Shown here: positions 63,543 to 64,000 of the stretch, one piece after another | How the letters are laid out: each line of letters begins with the position of its first letter | Numbering within the stretch: the first letter of the stretch is position 1 | DNA from: Marsupella aquatica | Taxonomy: Eukaryota > Plantae > Marchantiophyta | Assembly (NCBI GenBank): GCA_973895155.1 | Contig: OZ316893.1 | Coordinates: 17,018,645-17,082,644 of the forward strand | Length of the DNA stretch: 64,000 nucleotides | Reading direction: 5' to 3' | Notes under the pieces: model-generated | The model's input: only the letters and a program-made list of their open reading frames with translations | The model's database searches: none | What the model was told of the DNA's origin: nothing | Program-made: the position numbers and the translations under genes

Positions 63543-64000
63543 TACTGCTTCCTTGCACTGTGGTGCTAACTAGAATAGTTCCTCGACAGTGATGTCAACT
63601 CTGGTCTTCGCGATGAGTTGCACTAGCTTATCCACTATTCGCTGGTTCGCTTCGGCAGGGTTATTCGGTGGTTCTTCGTCTCATGGAAGTTGTCCCGTTT
63701 CTTGATCGAATCCCCCCATCGTCACTCCCTCCTCTAGAATTTCCGTATCTGTCTCTGCGTAAGGTTCTGAACGCATTAATCGTTCAGGTCGTGGCAAAGT
63801 CTCGTTCCGCTGTTTGTGGCGAATTTCATCCGCCATTTCTTGGGTGGTTGCATCCATTTGGCTCCAATCGAATCCCCCCTCCATCTCCGGGGAATTGGTT
63901 TGGGTTGAGTTCTCTGGCTGCCCTTGAGATCTTGTCACCACGTATGTTGACACCTGCATAGTATTCACAGGTGCTGGGGCTTTCCCCGCTATTTCTTCTT

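Larger units (their letters stand above)
53228..64000 (-). mobile_element. Ty3/Gypsy LTR retrotransposon, incomplete in this window, with long extra ORFs 3' of pol
   Basis: LTR-like terminus TGTGACGCCG at 53228 (inner LTR edge unresolved). Pol at 59640-63542 and accessory ORFs at 55636-59576 lie on the same strand. Confidence 0.85.

Overview
Eukaryotic, intron-containing, repeat-rich nuclear DNA from a land plant. A bryophyte is likely (inference); an intact PLS-DYW editing factor would argue against a marchantiid liverwort. Three host genes look intact: a 3-exon LEA_2 gene (742-2270, -), a 2-exon Tat-targeted thylakoid protein (26747-27830, +) and a 2-exon PLS-E-DYW PPR gene whose N-terminus carries an OSB-type PDF motif (29017-32744, -). 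The rest is mostly nested, decaying mobile DNA. An L1-like LINE is split by a 4.8-kb coding TG..CA element (5-bp TSD) that itself holds a 2.3-kb solo LTR, and a second copy of that element follows. Also present are an EDM2-like PHD pseudogene, a P-like transposase remnant, a full-length Copia and a Ty3/Gypsy with extra ORFs including an RPA-like OB fold. The most striking feature is a large Mutator-like element (from about 37168 to beyond 53227). It has a MULE transposase divergent from an intron-containing ParB-like + amino-methyltransferase-like gene, and about 14 copies of the palindrome TAGCGCCNGGCGCTA in its non-coding DNA. All domain calls come from motif recognition by eye; no searches were run.
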